64,000 nt of DNA from Candidatus Kapaibacteriales bacterium (lineage in GTDB: Bacteria > Bacteroidota > Ignavibacteria > Kapaibacteriales > UBA2268): NCBI GenBank assembly GCA_965661945.1, contig CBFIFP010000001.1:638531-702530 (forward strand). The letters run 5' to 3'. The notes below the pieces were generated by a model. The model was not told where the DNA came from. It did not search any database and saw only the letters and a list, made by a program, of their open reading frames with translations. Both the position numbers and the translations under genes were made by a program. Positions 1 through 9,086 of the stretch are shown one piece after another; position 1 is the first letter of the stretch, and each line of letters opens with the position of its first letter.

Positions 1-484
1 ACTCACTCCAAGAATCTGAAGCGTAGCCAAGTTGAAAATCTTTGATTGAGTCGTTTGTTATTCCTCTGTTAAAGAGATATTGATACGGCTCTCCCATTTG
101 TTTAAAAAGATTGTTGTGGAAGTAATCTGCTGTAAGTGCAAGAGCTTTTCTTATTTTATCTATTTTATCGAAATCTGTTTTTACTTTTTCTATAGAGTTT
201 AGTTCTATTCCTGCTTTGGAGGCAAGAAATTCAATTGCTTCATTAAAAGTCATATTATGAAATTCACGGACAAAGACAATTACATCTCCACCTTTTCCTG
301 AAGAGAAATCTTTAAAGAATTGTTTTTCTTTAGAAACAAAAAATGATGGAGTTTTTTCATTACTAAAAGGAGAAAGCGCTTTGTAATCTTTACCAACTGC
401 TTTTAAAGAAGGTACGCTTTCTTTTATTACATCAATTATGTCTATATTTTCTTTTACTTTATTTATTAAGTCTTTATCATACAT
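1..484 (-). CDS. dnaG: DNA primase, N-terminal part (gene runs off the window start)
   Basis: Not in the ORF track. My reverse-strand translation from ATG 484-482 gives MYDKDLINKVKENIDIIDVIKESVPSLKAVGKDYKALSPFSNEKTPSFFVSKEKQFFKDFSSGKGGDVIVFVREFHNMTFNEAIEFLASKAGIEL...FQLGYASDSW. This carries the EKTPSF / GKGGD primase zinc-finger-domain signature followed by the GYA..W motif. Confidence 0.85.
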   Translation of the reverse strand, partial: MYDKDLINKVKENIDIIDVIKESVPSLKAVGKDYKALSPFSNEKTPSFFVSKEKQFFKDFSSGKGGDVIVFVREFHNMTFNEAIEFLASKAGIELNSIEKVKTDFDKIDKIRKALALTADYFHNNLFKQMGEPYQYLFNRGITNDSIKDFQLGYASDSWSE

Positions 485-485
485 T

Positions 486-2330
486 TTAGAATTTACCGAT
501 AAGATTTTCAGGTGTTAATATTTTATCTAATTCTTCTTTTGTCATAAGTTTTCGCTCTAGCACTATATCTGAGATGCTTTTATTAGAGATAAGTGCTTCA
601 GTAGCTATAGATGAAGAAAGTTCGTATCCTAAAAGTGGGTTTAGAGCGGTTACAATACCTATGCTATTATCTACCATAGATTTGCAAACTTCTCTGTTTG
701 CTGTAATGCCGTCAATACATCTTGATTTAAGCACTGTCATAGCATTTTTGAGAGAGTCCATCATTTCAAAAAGACTCACAGCAATAATTGGCTCCATAAC
801 GTTTAGTTCTAATTGCCCGGCTTCTGCTGCAATTGTTATAGTTAATTCTTTTCCTATACAGTTAAAGGCAACTTGGTTGACTACTTCAGGAATTACAGGG
901 TTTACTTTACCTGGCATTATTGAAGACCCTGGCTGCATTTTAGGGAGATTAATTTCATTTAATCCTGCTCTTGGACCTGAACTTAATAATCTTAAATCAT
1001 TACAAATTTTGGATAATTTTACTGCTAATCTTTTTAAAACGGAAGCAAAAATAACGAAAGCGCCTGTGTCTTGAGTTGCTTCGATATAGTTTTCAGATTT
1101 TTTTAGATTAATACCAGTGATTTTCTTTAAATGCTTGATTACTGAATCTCTGTATTCGGGGCTAGCGTTTAAACCTGTTCCGATAGCAGTGCCACCAATA
1201 TTTAACTCAAAAAGTAATTCTACGTTGTTATTAATTCTATGAATTTCCTCTTCTAATGTGCAGGCATAAGCCTCGAATCCTTGTCCAAGAGTCATTGGTA
1301 CTGCGTCTTGGAGTTGAGTTCTACCCATTTTGATTACATCAGCAAATTCATTACCTTTTTCTCTGAAAGATTCAACTAAATTTTTAAGGGCGTACTGTAA
1401 TTTTATAGTTTTGTAATAACAAGCGATTTTAATAGCGTTTGGATAGATATCATTTGTAGATTGAGAAAGGTTAATATGATTGTTTGGGTGGCAATATTCA
1501 TATTGTCCTTTTTCATGCCCCATTATTTCTAATGCTCTATTTGCAATTACTTCGTTTGCATTCATATTTGTAGAAGTTCCTGCTCCTCCTTGAATTACAT
1601 CAACTATAAAGTGAATATGATACTTTCGGTTTATAATTTCATCGCACGCTTTATTAACGGCTTTGTAAATGTTATCTGGGATTAATCCAATTTCATGATT
1701 TGCTTTTATAGCTGCTTTTTTAATTTGGGTTAATGCGATAATTAAATCACTGTATAGATTTATTGCTACGCCTGTTATTGGGAAGTTTTCTTTAGCTCTT
1801 AGAGTTTGAATTCCGTAGTATGCTTCGTCTGGAACTTCTCTTTCTCCTAATAAGTCGTGTTCTAATCTTGTTTTACCTGAGACATATTGTGAAGCAGTTC
1901 CAGAGGGGTCTGTTGTTGCTTTTCTTAATCTACGGGAGATTACTCTTGAAATTTGCGCAAGTATTTTAGAGACTATTTTTGGGTTAGTTTCAAATAATGA
2001 ATTAAAATCTTCTCTGCTTAACCTTAGGAGTGAACTGTCTTTTTTTGTTCTTGCATTGTTAGAGTGTGGATAATCATCAAGCAAACCACCCTCACCAAAG
2101 AAGTCGAATTTTCCAAAAGTTGTAATAAGAATTTCTCTTCCAGAAGGAGTTATTTGTAAAAGTTCTACAAGCCCAGTTTCTACTATGTAGAAATATTTTC
2201 TTTGTGAGCCAGTTTTAAATAAAAATTCATTTTTTTTAATCTGAACGTTATGAAAATAGTTTGCAACAATATCTAATTCTTCTTCATTAAGAATCTTAAA
2301 TATCTCTATTTTTTTTAGTATTTCTTTCAT
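486..2330 (-). CDS. aspA: Cyclic-nucleotide-binding domain fused to aspartate ammonia-lyase (class II fumarase/aspartase family)
   Basis: The N-terminal ~135 aa is a Crp-type cNMP-binding barrel (FGEGGLLDDYPHSNNARTKKDSSLLRLSREDF). The rest is aspartase-like: RLEHDLLGEREVPDEAYYGIQTLRAKENF, VDVIQGGAGTSTNMNANEVIAN, and the GSSIMPGKVNPVIPE signature. Confidence 0.85.
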   Translation of the reverse strand: MKEILKKIEIFKILNEEELDIVANYFHNVQIKKNEFLFKTGSQRKYFYIVETGLVELLQITPSGREILITTFGKFDFFGEGGLLDDYPHSNNARTKKDSSLLRLSREDFNSLFETNPKIVSKILAQISRVISRRLRKATTDPSGTASQYVSGKTRLEHDLLGEREVPDEAYYGIQTLRAKENFPITGVAINLYSDLIIALTQIKKAAIKANHEIGLIPDNIYKAVNKACDEIINRKYHIHFIVDVIQGGAGTSTNMNANEVIANRALEIMGHEKGQYEYCHPNNHINLSQSTNDIYPNAIKIACYYKTIKLQYALKNLVESFREKGNEFADVIKMGRTQLQDAVPMTLGQGFEAYACTLEEEIHRINNNVELLFELNIGGTAIGTGLNASPEYRDSVIKHLKKITGINLKKSENYIEATQDTGAFVIFASVLKRLAVKLSKICNDLRLLSSGPRAGLNEINLPKMQPGSSIMPGKVNPVIPEVVNQVAFNCIGKELTITIAAEAGQLELNVMEPIIAVSLFEMMDSLKNAMTVLKSRCIDGITANREVCKSMVDNSIGIVTALNPLLGYELSSSIATEALISNKSISDIVLERKLMTKEELDKILTPENLIGKF

Positions 2331-2333
2331 AAT

Positions 2334-3098
2334 TTAAAATCTATATAGTTGTAAAATATAGGAATTATCTTTAAGCCATTTGTCTGATTTTTCCCTGTTA
2401 AAGTCAATTGAGTCAACAAAGCTATAAAACTTTTTAGAGTGATTAAAGTGAATTAAGTGTGTCAATTCGTGAACTATAATAGAAAATATGATATCAACAG
2501 GACACATTAAAAGACGCCATGATAGATTTATGTTGCCTTTATTTGAGCAAGAACCCCATCTTGTTTTTGCGTTTGAATATTTTATTTTTTTAAATTCAAT
2601 ATTTACTTTGTGAATTTCTCTAACATCATTAATTAGTTTATTTACTATAGGTTTTAATTCATGTTTCATAAATATATCAATTTTATTTTCTAAATTTGAG
2701 ATATTTATAAATTGAATAATATCTTGATTATCAATATTTTTGGTGAAAATGTAATGTGGTTTTCTATTTTTATCTTTAATTTGCTCAATAAGATAAATTT
2801 TATTCATTATTAATATTTTTTCAAAATTATTTATTTCTTTAAAGAGATTTGTATCTGTTGATTTAATCAAAAAAAGATGTTTATTAATCCAATTATAGTG
2901 TTTTTTTATAATATTATTTATATCATTATTGGAAAAGAATTTTGGTACTCTTACTTGAATTGTATTTTCTTTAATAACTTTAATAGCATAAGATTTTCTA
3001 TTACTTTTGTATATATGAACGTTAAAATCTTCTACTGAAATTATTTCATTTTTTAAATTATTTTGCAACTCAGTTGACAATTCGTTTTTCAAATTCAA
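2334..3098 (-). CDS. YgjP-like (DUF45/SprT-like) metal-dependent hydrolase
   Basis: C-terminal WGSCSNKGNINLSWRLLMCPVDIIFSIIVHELTHLIHFNHSKKF contains the HExxH zinc motif in the context typical of the YgjP family. Confidence 0.8.
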   Translation of the reverse strand: MNLKNELSTELQNNLKNEIISVEDFNVHIYKSNRKSYAIKVIKENTIQVRVPKFFSNNDINNIIKKHYNWINKHLFLIKSTDTNLFKEINNFEKILIMNKIYLIEQIKDKNRKPHYIFTKNIDNQDIIQFINISNLENKIDIFMKHELKPIVNKLINDVREIHKVNIEFKKIKYSNAKTRWGSCSNKGNINLSWRLLMCPVDIIFSIIVHELTHLIHFNHSKKFYSFVDSIDFNREKSDKWLKDNSYILQLYRF

Positions 3099-3177
3099 TT
3101 TCCAAAATTGTAATGATATTTATACAAAAATATAAAAATTGAATTAGATATCAAAGGTAAGAAATAAATGTTGAAAA

Positions 3178-3936
3178 TTAATTTACAATAACTTCTAAAT
3201 TACACTCATTTTTGACTATTATTTTTTGGGATATTTGATTTTGAACTTTTATTGATATGATGGGGTAAAAAGTTCCTTGTTGTTTTCCTTCAATTTTGAA
3301 CTTCAATTTCCTGTTGCTTTGTGGATACATCCATAGGTTGTTATAATTATTATCACTAAAAACAAGATTATCAGGATTTGACTCAATTGAGTATCCGTTA
3401 ATAGTTCTTAGAACATTACTATAGTTCAATATATTGATTTCAATTTCTTTAGTTTCACCAATATTTAGTTCAATTTTACCGAAATCTTTTACCATTATAT
3501 CTGGTACAATTGATTTAACATTAATATAATATATTGTGTCAGTTTCTATGATTATTCTATCGTGAAACTTCCCTACATTTCTTTGTTGAACGTTAAGATA
3601 TAAACTTAATGAATTTTGTCCTTGAGGGTTTAGATATAAATTATTTAGATTTTGCAGTGGGTCAAAAAAGAAATAGGATGGAGTTTTTTCCATTTTTATA
3701 CTTTTTATTTTAGTAGTTTCTTCTTTAATATTTTTAATGGTAAATAGTTTTTTATCAAATGCATCTTTATCTAAGAAACCGAAATCTAGTGTGTCTTGTG
3801 GTACATTTAGGTTATCTTTAATATTATAGTTGTATTCAATAAGTCTTATTGTGTCAATTTCTGTAGGAGATTGACAAGATGCTATTATAAATAGCATTAA
3901 AATTAGAAATGATAATTTATTGAATTTAGAAGTCAT
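3178..3936 (-). CDS. Hypothetical lipoprotein, third gene of ECF module 1
   Basis: Signal peptide plus lipobox (LMLFIIASCQSP). Overlaps the upstream anti-sigma-like gene by 11 nt. No family recognised. Confidence 0.5.
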   Translation of the reverse strand: MTSKFNKLSFLILMLFIIASCQSPTEIDTIRLIEYNYNIKDNLNVPQDTLDFGFLDKDAFDKKLFTIKNIKEETTKIKSIKMEKTPSYFFFDPLQNLNNLYLNPQGQNSLSLYLNVQQRNVGKFHDRIIIETDTIYYINVKSIVPDIMVKDFGKIELNIGETKEIEINILNYSNVLRTINGYSIESNPDNLVFSDNNYNNLWMYPQSNRKLKFKIEGKQQGTFYPIISIKVQNQISQKIIVKNECNLEVIVN

Positions 3937-5137
3937 ATCTTAAACCAGTTGATAATCCATTTCTAGTAGAGTTGAAGGTGTTTCCATCAAAAAAGTAAGT
4001 TAAGTTTGATACTTCATAACCTGCATATAAAGCTATATTTCGTAATAATCTAAGCTCTGTTGCAAGTTCTAATCTTGTAACAGGACCAATGTTTGTACCA
4101 CCAATTAAACCTTTGGAATAGAAAGAGAGGCGGTTACTAAATAATTGTAAAGGCATATAATATTTAGCTGATATTGCATATATGTTAGAATTAAAATATT
4201 GTTGATAATTTGTAGTTAGATTATCTTCAATTGATGAGAAGTTTTGAGCAAAAACTTCTTTTGAAAATTCAAATCCAATGTGAAGGTTATTAGTTAGTTC
4301 ATAAAACATTGCAAATGAAGAATTGTTTATGTCTAAATTATTAGTGTTTTGGGAATCTAAATCAATTGTATTTTCAGCAAATGTTTTTCGAGCTTGAATG
4401 TGAAATTTTGAAATAATTTTAGCAGCATCTTCTAAGTCTTGATTTGATATTACTTTTTGAGAGTTAAGACGAGATTTATAACGAGAATTTACTAAGAAAA
4501 TATTAGGAATATTTTCTATGTTTGAGTTATAAATTTGAGATTGAGTTATATTTTTAAAATTAGTTATGTTGCTAAGTTCATCTATGTTTTTATCTGCTAA
4601 AAATTGTTCATTTTTAATTGTTTCTGAGGTACTATTTATAACATTAGATTTACGATTCTGAGTTTTGATATTTTGAGTTATATTTTGTTTTTTGGAAATG
4701 TAATAATTATAACTTTCCTTGTTATTATCAATTGGTTCATTTTTAAAATCAACTGTAAGTAACGGCAGATTTATTGAATTTGATAATTGTGTAAAGTTTA
4801 TGGCATTTGTTTGTTGCTGACTTTCAGAATTGAAAAAATATGTTAAGGAAACAGCTAATATAATTACCGAACTTACAGCAGAAGATATAAATGTTTTAGT
4901 TTTCCAGAATACTACTCCCAATCCTGAAGTCGCTAATATTTTTGACTTTAGGTTTACAGGAGGAGTTTCAATGGCTTTAGAATAAGCATTTTTCATTTTA
5001 AGATGGTAGTTCATCTCATCTTGAAGTTCAGGATTTTGAGCAATGAAATCAATTACTTCTGCTGTTTCTTCATTTGATAGTTCACCATCTGTTAATGCAA
5101 TTATTTTTTGAATTAGTAGATCATTGTTCATAGGCAT
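3926..5137 (-). CDS. Anti-sigma-like membrane protein with C-terminal beta-barrel-like domain
   Basis: Abuts the ECF sigma gene with a 0-nt gap. Has an N-terminal anti-sigma-type helix region (LTDGELSNEETAEVIDFIAQNPELQDEM), one TM (ISSAVSSVIILAVSLTYFF) and an N/S/Q-rich linker. The C-terminal ~140 aa has an alternating hydrophobic pattern and ends ...GLSTGLRYDF. Paralogue of 13778..15040. Confidence 0.55.
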   Translation of the reverse strand: MPMNNDLLIQKIIALTDGELSNEETAEVIDFIAQNPELQDEMNYHLKMKNAYSKAIETPPVNLKSKILATSGLGVVFWKTKTFISSAVSSVIILAVSLTYFFNSESQQQTNAINFTQLSNSINLPLLTVDFKNEPIDNNKESYNYYISKKQNITQNIKTQNRKSNVINSTSETIKNEQFLADKNIDELSNITNFKNITQSQIYNSNIENIPNIFLVNSRYKSRLNSQKVISNQDLEDAAKIISKFHIQARKTFAENTIDLDSQNTNNLDINNSSFAMFYELTNNLHIGFEFSKEVFAQNFSSIEDNLTTNYQQYFNSNIYAISAKYYMPLQLFSNRLSFYSKGLIGGTNIGPVTRLELATELRLLRNIALYAGYEVSNLTYFFDGNTFNSTRNGLSTGLRYDF

Positions 5138-5710
5138 TTATTCCAATAAAAAGTTTACTTCTTTTGAGTAAGGAGCTAATACATCTCTTAGTTTTTCTTT
5201 AGCTCTGTGAATTCTAATTCTAACTATAGGCATAGTAGTGTCAAGCATTTCAGCAATTTCGTTGTAAGAGAAGTTTAAAAATTCTTTAAGAATTAAACAT
5301 TCTCTGTACTCAAACGGAAGACTATCAAGAGCTACACTGATTATTTCATTTAATTCTTTATCATCTTTTGGTTGAGTGCTTGGCAATTGTAAATCTTCTA
5401 CAAAAATCATTGTGTTTCTTATGTTTTCTTTTTCGTTCAAACATAAGTTTCTTGCTACTCTAATGATATAACCAGCAAAATTTGTCATGACTTTACCATT
5501 TTTTGATGCTTCAATAATCTTAAGAAAAGTTTCTTGGAAAGCATCGCTAGAGGAATTTTCATTGTTTAATATTTTTCTGCAATAGTTATATATTTTAGTT
5601 GAGTAACGACCATACAGCTCTTCAAAAGCATCCCTAGCAACAGTTTTTTTTCTGTTGCCTAAGAGGGCGAAAACTTCTTCGTCAGATAAATTTGAAAATT
5701 GTATATTCAT
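5138..5710 (-). CDS. ECF-type RNA polymerase sigma-70 family factor (module 1)
   Basis: Region 2 (DAFQETFLKIIEA, YIIRVARNLCLN) and region 4 (YRECLILKEFLNFSYNEIAEMLDTTMPIVRIRIHRAKEKLR). Paralogue of 13206..13775. Confidence 0.85.
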   Translation of the reverse strand: MNIQFSNLSDEEVFALLGNRKKTVARDAFEELYGRYSTKIYNYCRKILNNENSSSDAFQETFLKIIEASKNGKVMTNFAGYIIRVARNLCLNEKENIRNTMIFVEDLQLPSTQPKDDKELNEIISVALDSLPFEYRECLILKEFLNFSYNEIAEMLDTTMPIVRIRIHRAKEKLRDVLAPYSKEVNFLLE

Positions 5711-5745
5711 AATATACTAATAACTTTTTAAAGGCGATTTTGTTA

Positions 5746-5753
5746 CAAAATTA
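5746..5753 (-). promoter_or_regulatory. TAnnTTTG (-7-like) promoter motif upstream of ECF sigma 1
   Basis: The minus strand reads TAATTTTG, 36 nt upstream of the ATG at 5710. It matches the Bacteroidota sigma-A -7 consensus, but chance matches are common in AT-rich DNA. Confidence 0.25.
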
Positions 5754-5795
5754 AGAATTATTTTTTCAAAAATAAGGAAATTGCTATTTATTTTT

Positions 5796-5803
5796 TAAAT
5801 TTG
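5796..5803 (+). promoter_or_regulatory. TAnnTTTG (-7-like) promoter motif upstream of the glycosyltransferase operon
   Basis: TAAATTTG lies 12 nt upstream of the TTG start at 5815. Confidence 0.25.
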
Positions 5804-5814
5804 TTTTTTTAAGG

Positions 5815-6756
5815 TTGATAAATTTGAAATTTCATTTTATAATTGTTGAATACAATTCAAAAAGATTTTTAGACGAGTTTTTGGCGTCAATTATTGATTA
5901 TGTTGATAAAATTTCTATTACGGTGATTGATAATTGTTCTAATTACTCTGTGGAAAGTTTTGTAAAGAATATGTATTTGGATAAAGTTGATGTGGTTAGA
6001 TTGGATAAAAATGAGGGTTATGGTAAGGCAATTAATAATATTGCTTTAAAAAGTAATAATGAATATTTGGTTATATGTAATTCTGATTTAGTTTTTTATA
6101 AAGATACTTTTAATAATATTAATAAGTTTATAGATACTAACCCTAATATTAATTTATTTGGAGGGCAACAAGTTTATCCTAATGGAAAACTTCAATATAG
6201 CTATGGAGATTACCCTAGTTTGAAAATGGTAATTAAATATTTATTTTATTTTACTCAGATATTAAATTTATTAAGAGATAAATATTTAAATTCGACTAAT
6301 ATGAAAATTATAAAAGAGGTTTCTTATTTAGATGGTGCATTTTTTATAATTAAGTCTGAACTATTTAAAAAGCTAAATGGTTTTGATGAAGATTTTCATT
6401 TTTATTCTGAAGATGCTGATTTGTGTTATAGAGCAAGGAAATTAGGTTATAAACCAATTTTTACTAATTTATTTAGAATTCAACATTATAGAGGTGGTGC
6501 GACAGAGATAAATATTAATTCTGATAAGAAGTCTGAGTTGATTGTAAATGGAATTAAGATATTTATTTCCAAACATTACAACACTTTTTATCAAAAACTA
6601 TTTAATGGTTTGTATAGGATTCATATTATTTTATCTATTTTTGTAAATGGATTTATAAATATTTTTGTTAATTTATTTAATGAAACTGAATCTAAAAGAA
6701 ATAAATCTCAGGAAAATAAAATTAATAATTTAAAGTCAATTTTGAAAAAACTATAA
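5815..6756 (+). CDS. Family 2 glycosyltransferase
   Basis: GT-A features: FIIVEYNS, VIDNCSN, NEGYGKAINN, FYSEDADLCYRARKLGYK. Starts with TTG. Confidence 0.8.
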   Translation: MINLKFHFIIVEYNSKRFLDEFLASIIDYVDKISITVIDNCSNYSVESFVKNMYLDKVDVVRLDKNEGYGKAINNIALKSNNEYLVICNSDLVFYKDTFNNINKFIDTNPNINLFGGQQVYPNGKLQYSYGDYPSLKMVIKYLFYFTQILNLLRDKYLNSTNMKIIKEVSYLDGAFFIIKSELFKKLNGFDEDFHFYSEDADLCYRARKLGYKPIFTNLFRIQHYRGGATEININSDKKSELIVNGIKIFISKHYNTFYQKLFNGLYRIHIILSIFVNGFINIFVNLFNETESKRNKSQENKINNLKSILKKL

Positions 6757-7578
6757 ATGTACGATTTAACAATAGCTTATAGAATATATCCTTTAATTTC
6801 AAAAGTTCCAGCAGTTTATCCTGATGATAAGTATAAAATGTCAGAAATTTGTATTAAATCTTTTGCTGAGGGATTAAAAGGTTTAAGAACTTATATTTAT
6901 GTTATATTAGATAACTGTCCTGAGGAATATAAGTCTTTATTTTTAGACAATCTTTCTAACCATACAATAGAATTTATTGAAGTTAATGGGATTGGGAATG
7001 GAAATACATTTGGATTACAATTAGATTTACTAGTAAATTCTAAGACAGATTATGTTTATTTTGCTGAAGATGATTACTTTTACTTGGAGAATTCAATTGT
7101 TGATTTAATAGATTTTTCAAAAAAGCATAATGTAGATTTTGCTACAGCATACGATCATTTAGATTATTATGAACATAAATTACATAAAAGTGAGGAAAGT
7201 TCTTTTTTGGATTTCAAAGACAAAAAATATTATAAACGTAAAACTACTACGATGACATTTTTAGCTAAAAGAATTAGTTTAAAAGGAAATTATGATATTT
7301 TTAGAACTTATGTTGATAATAATTGGGATAATTCTATGTGGTTGGGATTAACTAATCCAGATTTTATTAGTATTAGGGAGTTTTTACGGTTGACTATTTT
7401 AGATATGCAGATGCTTAAGATGTATATTAAATTTTTTTTGCATACGCCAAGTTTACTTTTCAAAACTCGCAAGAAATATAATCTTTATGTTCCTCACTCT
7501 GGAACTGCAACTCACCTTGATGATAAGTTTCTCTCACCTGGTGTAAATTGGAAAGAGGAGTTTAAGAAGTATATGTAA
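6757..7578 (+). CDS. Putative glycosyltransferase-like protein (GT-A-like, AEDDYFY motif)
   Basis: The ATG directly follows the stop of the GT2 gene. VILDNCPEE and YFAEDDYFY resemble nucleotide-sugar binding and DxD elements. The family is not firmly recognised. Confidence 0.4.
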   Translation: MYDLTIAYRIYPLISKVPAVYPDDKYKMSEICIKSFAEGLKGLRTYIYVILDNCPEEYKSLFLDNLSNHTIEFIEVNGIGNGNTFGLQLDLLVNSKTDYVYFAEDDYFYLENSIVDLIDFSKKHNVDFATAYDHLDYYEHKLHKSEESSFLDFKDKKYYKRKTTTMTFLAKRISLKGNYDIFRTYVDNNWDNSMWLGLTNPDFISIREFLRLTILDMQMLKMYIKFFLHTPSLLFKTRKKYNLYVPHSGTATHLDDKFLSPGVNWKEEFKKYM

Positions 7579-7604
7579 AAAAAAGGGGCTAGATGCCCCT
7601 TTTA
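7577..7604. terminator. Bidirectional rho-independent terminator
   Basis: AAAAAAAAGGGGC-TAGAT-GCCCCTTTT hairpin between convergent genes, with an A-run before and a T-run after. Confidence 0.6.
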
Positions 7605-7631
7605 AGTCTAATTTAAGTGATTTTTGGATTC

Positions 7632-9086
7632 TTACTCTTCACCAACTAATTTTTTATATTTGATAAATATATCGTTTGCAATTTTTCTACCTAATATTAA
7701 GCCCTCAGAGTTGTCAATTTCTATATGATATCCTCCAAGTACTCTTGACCTTCCTGCCATTTCAGCTGCTTTAGTGAATGTTGGAAAGTGCAATGTAACT
7801 GTATCACCTAAATTATCTGGTTCAGTCATTGCTCCTGGAACTAGATCAATACTTGTTCCAAACATATCACTTTTTTTATAAAGTTTAAGTATTTCAGCGC
7901 AACCACCGCTTATTGTGCTGTGACCTGAAACGTAAGCTGGAAATGGAGGGCATAAGAAGTATTCTGGAGAATATGGTCTCCATTCTTCACCTTTTATTTC
8001 GCCCCAACCTTTACCTTCACCTTTCCATCCTTTAATTGTTTGTCCTTTAAAGTATTCATGAACTAATGCGAAAGGTCTTGCATAATCATAGAACATTTTG
8101 GTGTCCCAACAAGCAATAAAGCCATCCATTGCTGTAGCCGTTACTAGGAAATACATTTTAACATCTTCATCTAAATTGTGCGAATCTCTTCGAGATACAT
8201 CTTGTGCAAATATTAACCAGTGTCCTGCTTGTTGGACTGATCTTGGACCATCTCGCATGATTTCTACAAGAGCTTTTTCTTCGGGTGTCATGTTTGCTTG
8301 TAATTCTACTACTTCTGCAACTTGTTCTTTTAGTAAATCACTTCCGTAAAGCGGAGGTGGTGGAGAACGAAATTGAGAAGCACTATCAATCATTAAAGTT
8401 TGAACTAACTGCCAATAAGGAGTTAAACATCCTGGTGCAAAAATTTTATCTCCAAAGACAAAGTTTTTTGGTTGCCATCTGTTGATATCATTTAAAAAGT
8501 CAGGTGGGTTGACTGGTTGATAACCAGTGTAATCATTGTATAATATTCCATCGTTGCTTAAAGAACCATCTTGATTAGCACCATCATTTAATCTTGTTTT
8601 GATGATTCTTTCTGCCGCAAGATTTCCAATACCTACCGCTGTTGTTGGGTCAGTAGAATTATCATAAGGGTCTAAACCAAGCTCTTTCATTTTTTCTACA
8701 AATAGAGTTGTATCTGAGAAATAATACTCTCTTAGAGTTCTGTAAGCAGCATAGCTGATAGCAATCTCTTTATTTTTTTGTGTTCTTTCTTGTTCTGAGA
8801 TTCTTTCTATATCTTTTATGAATACTGGATTTGCTTTATCGTCGAACCTTGACCAAGAATCATAAACAGATGCAAAAACTAATCCTAACATCCTAGAGGT
8901 AACAGTAGGTCTTGGTTTAAATTTTTCAGTATCATTTGCTGTTGCTTCTAAAGCAACCTTTCCCCAAAAATAGGCTACGTTATTGGGGGCACTACTTCCT
9001 AAGATTGTTTCTTCATCATTTTTCTTTTGCTCAGAGCATGAAAATAGAATTAAGATTACTGTAAAAAGAAGAATAATTTTTTTCAT
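7632..9086 (-). CDS. PAP2-superfamily lipoprotein, vanadium-dependent haloperoxidase / acid phosphatase-like
   Basis: PAP2 motifs are present: KMFYDYARP (Kx6RP), YVSGHS (PSGH-like) and SRVLGGYHIEID (SRx5Hx3D). I prefer the internal start MKKIILLFTVILILFSCSEQ (lipobox) at 9086 over the ORF-track start at 9185. Confidence 0.7.
   Translation of the reverse strand: MKKIILLFTVILILFSCSEQKKNDEETILGSSAPNNVAYFWGKVALEATANDTEKFKPRPTVTSRMLGLVFASVYDSWSRFDDKANPVFIKDIERISEQERTQKNKEIAISYAAYRTLREYYFSDTTLFVEKMKELGLDPYDNSTDPTTAVGIGNLAAERIIKTRLNDGANQDGSLSNDGILYNDYTGYQPVNPPDFLNDINRWQPKNFVFGDKIFAPGCLTPYWQLVQTLMIDSASQFRSPPPPLYGSDLLKEQVAEVVELQANMTPEEKALVEIMRDGPRSVQQAGHWLIFAQDVSRRDSHNLDEDVKMYFLVTATAMDGFIACWDTKMFYDYARPFALVHEYFKGQTIKGWKGEGKGWGEIKGEEWRPYSPEYFLCPPFPAYVSGHSTISGGCAEILKLYKKSDMFGTSIDLVPGAMTEPDNLGDTVTLHFPTFTKAAEMAGRSRVLGGYHIEIDNSEGLILGRKIANDIFIKYKKLVGEE

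Noticed and set aside
574-1074. Long antisense ORFs inside well-supported genes: 574..1074, 8098..8485, 20119..20541, 22528..22830, 28906..29466, 37744..37968, 44096..44872, 45626..45910, 50929..51519, 56055..56279, 59441..60048, 61809..62141, 63450..63635 and others.
   Set aside because: Each lies wholly within, and opposite to, a CDS with clear family signatures. Their translations are low-complexity or Ser/Leu/Ile-rich, with no motifs. Such ORFs are typical of AT-rich genomes.
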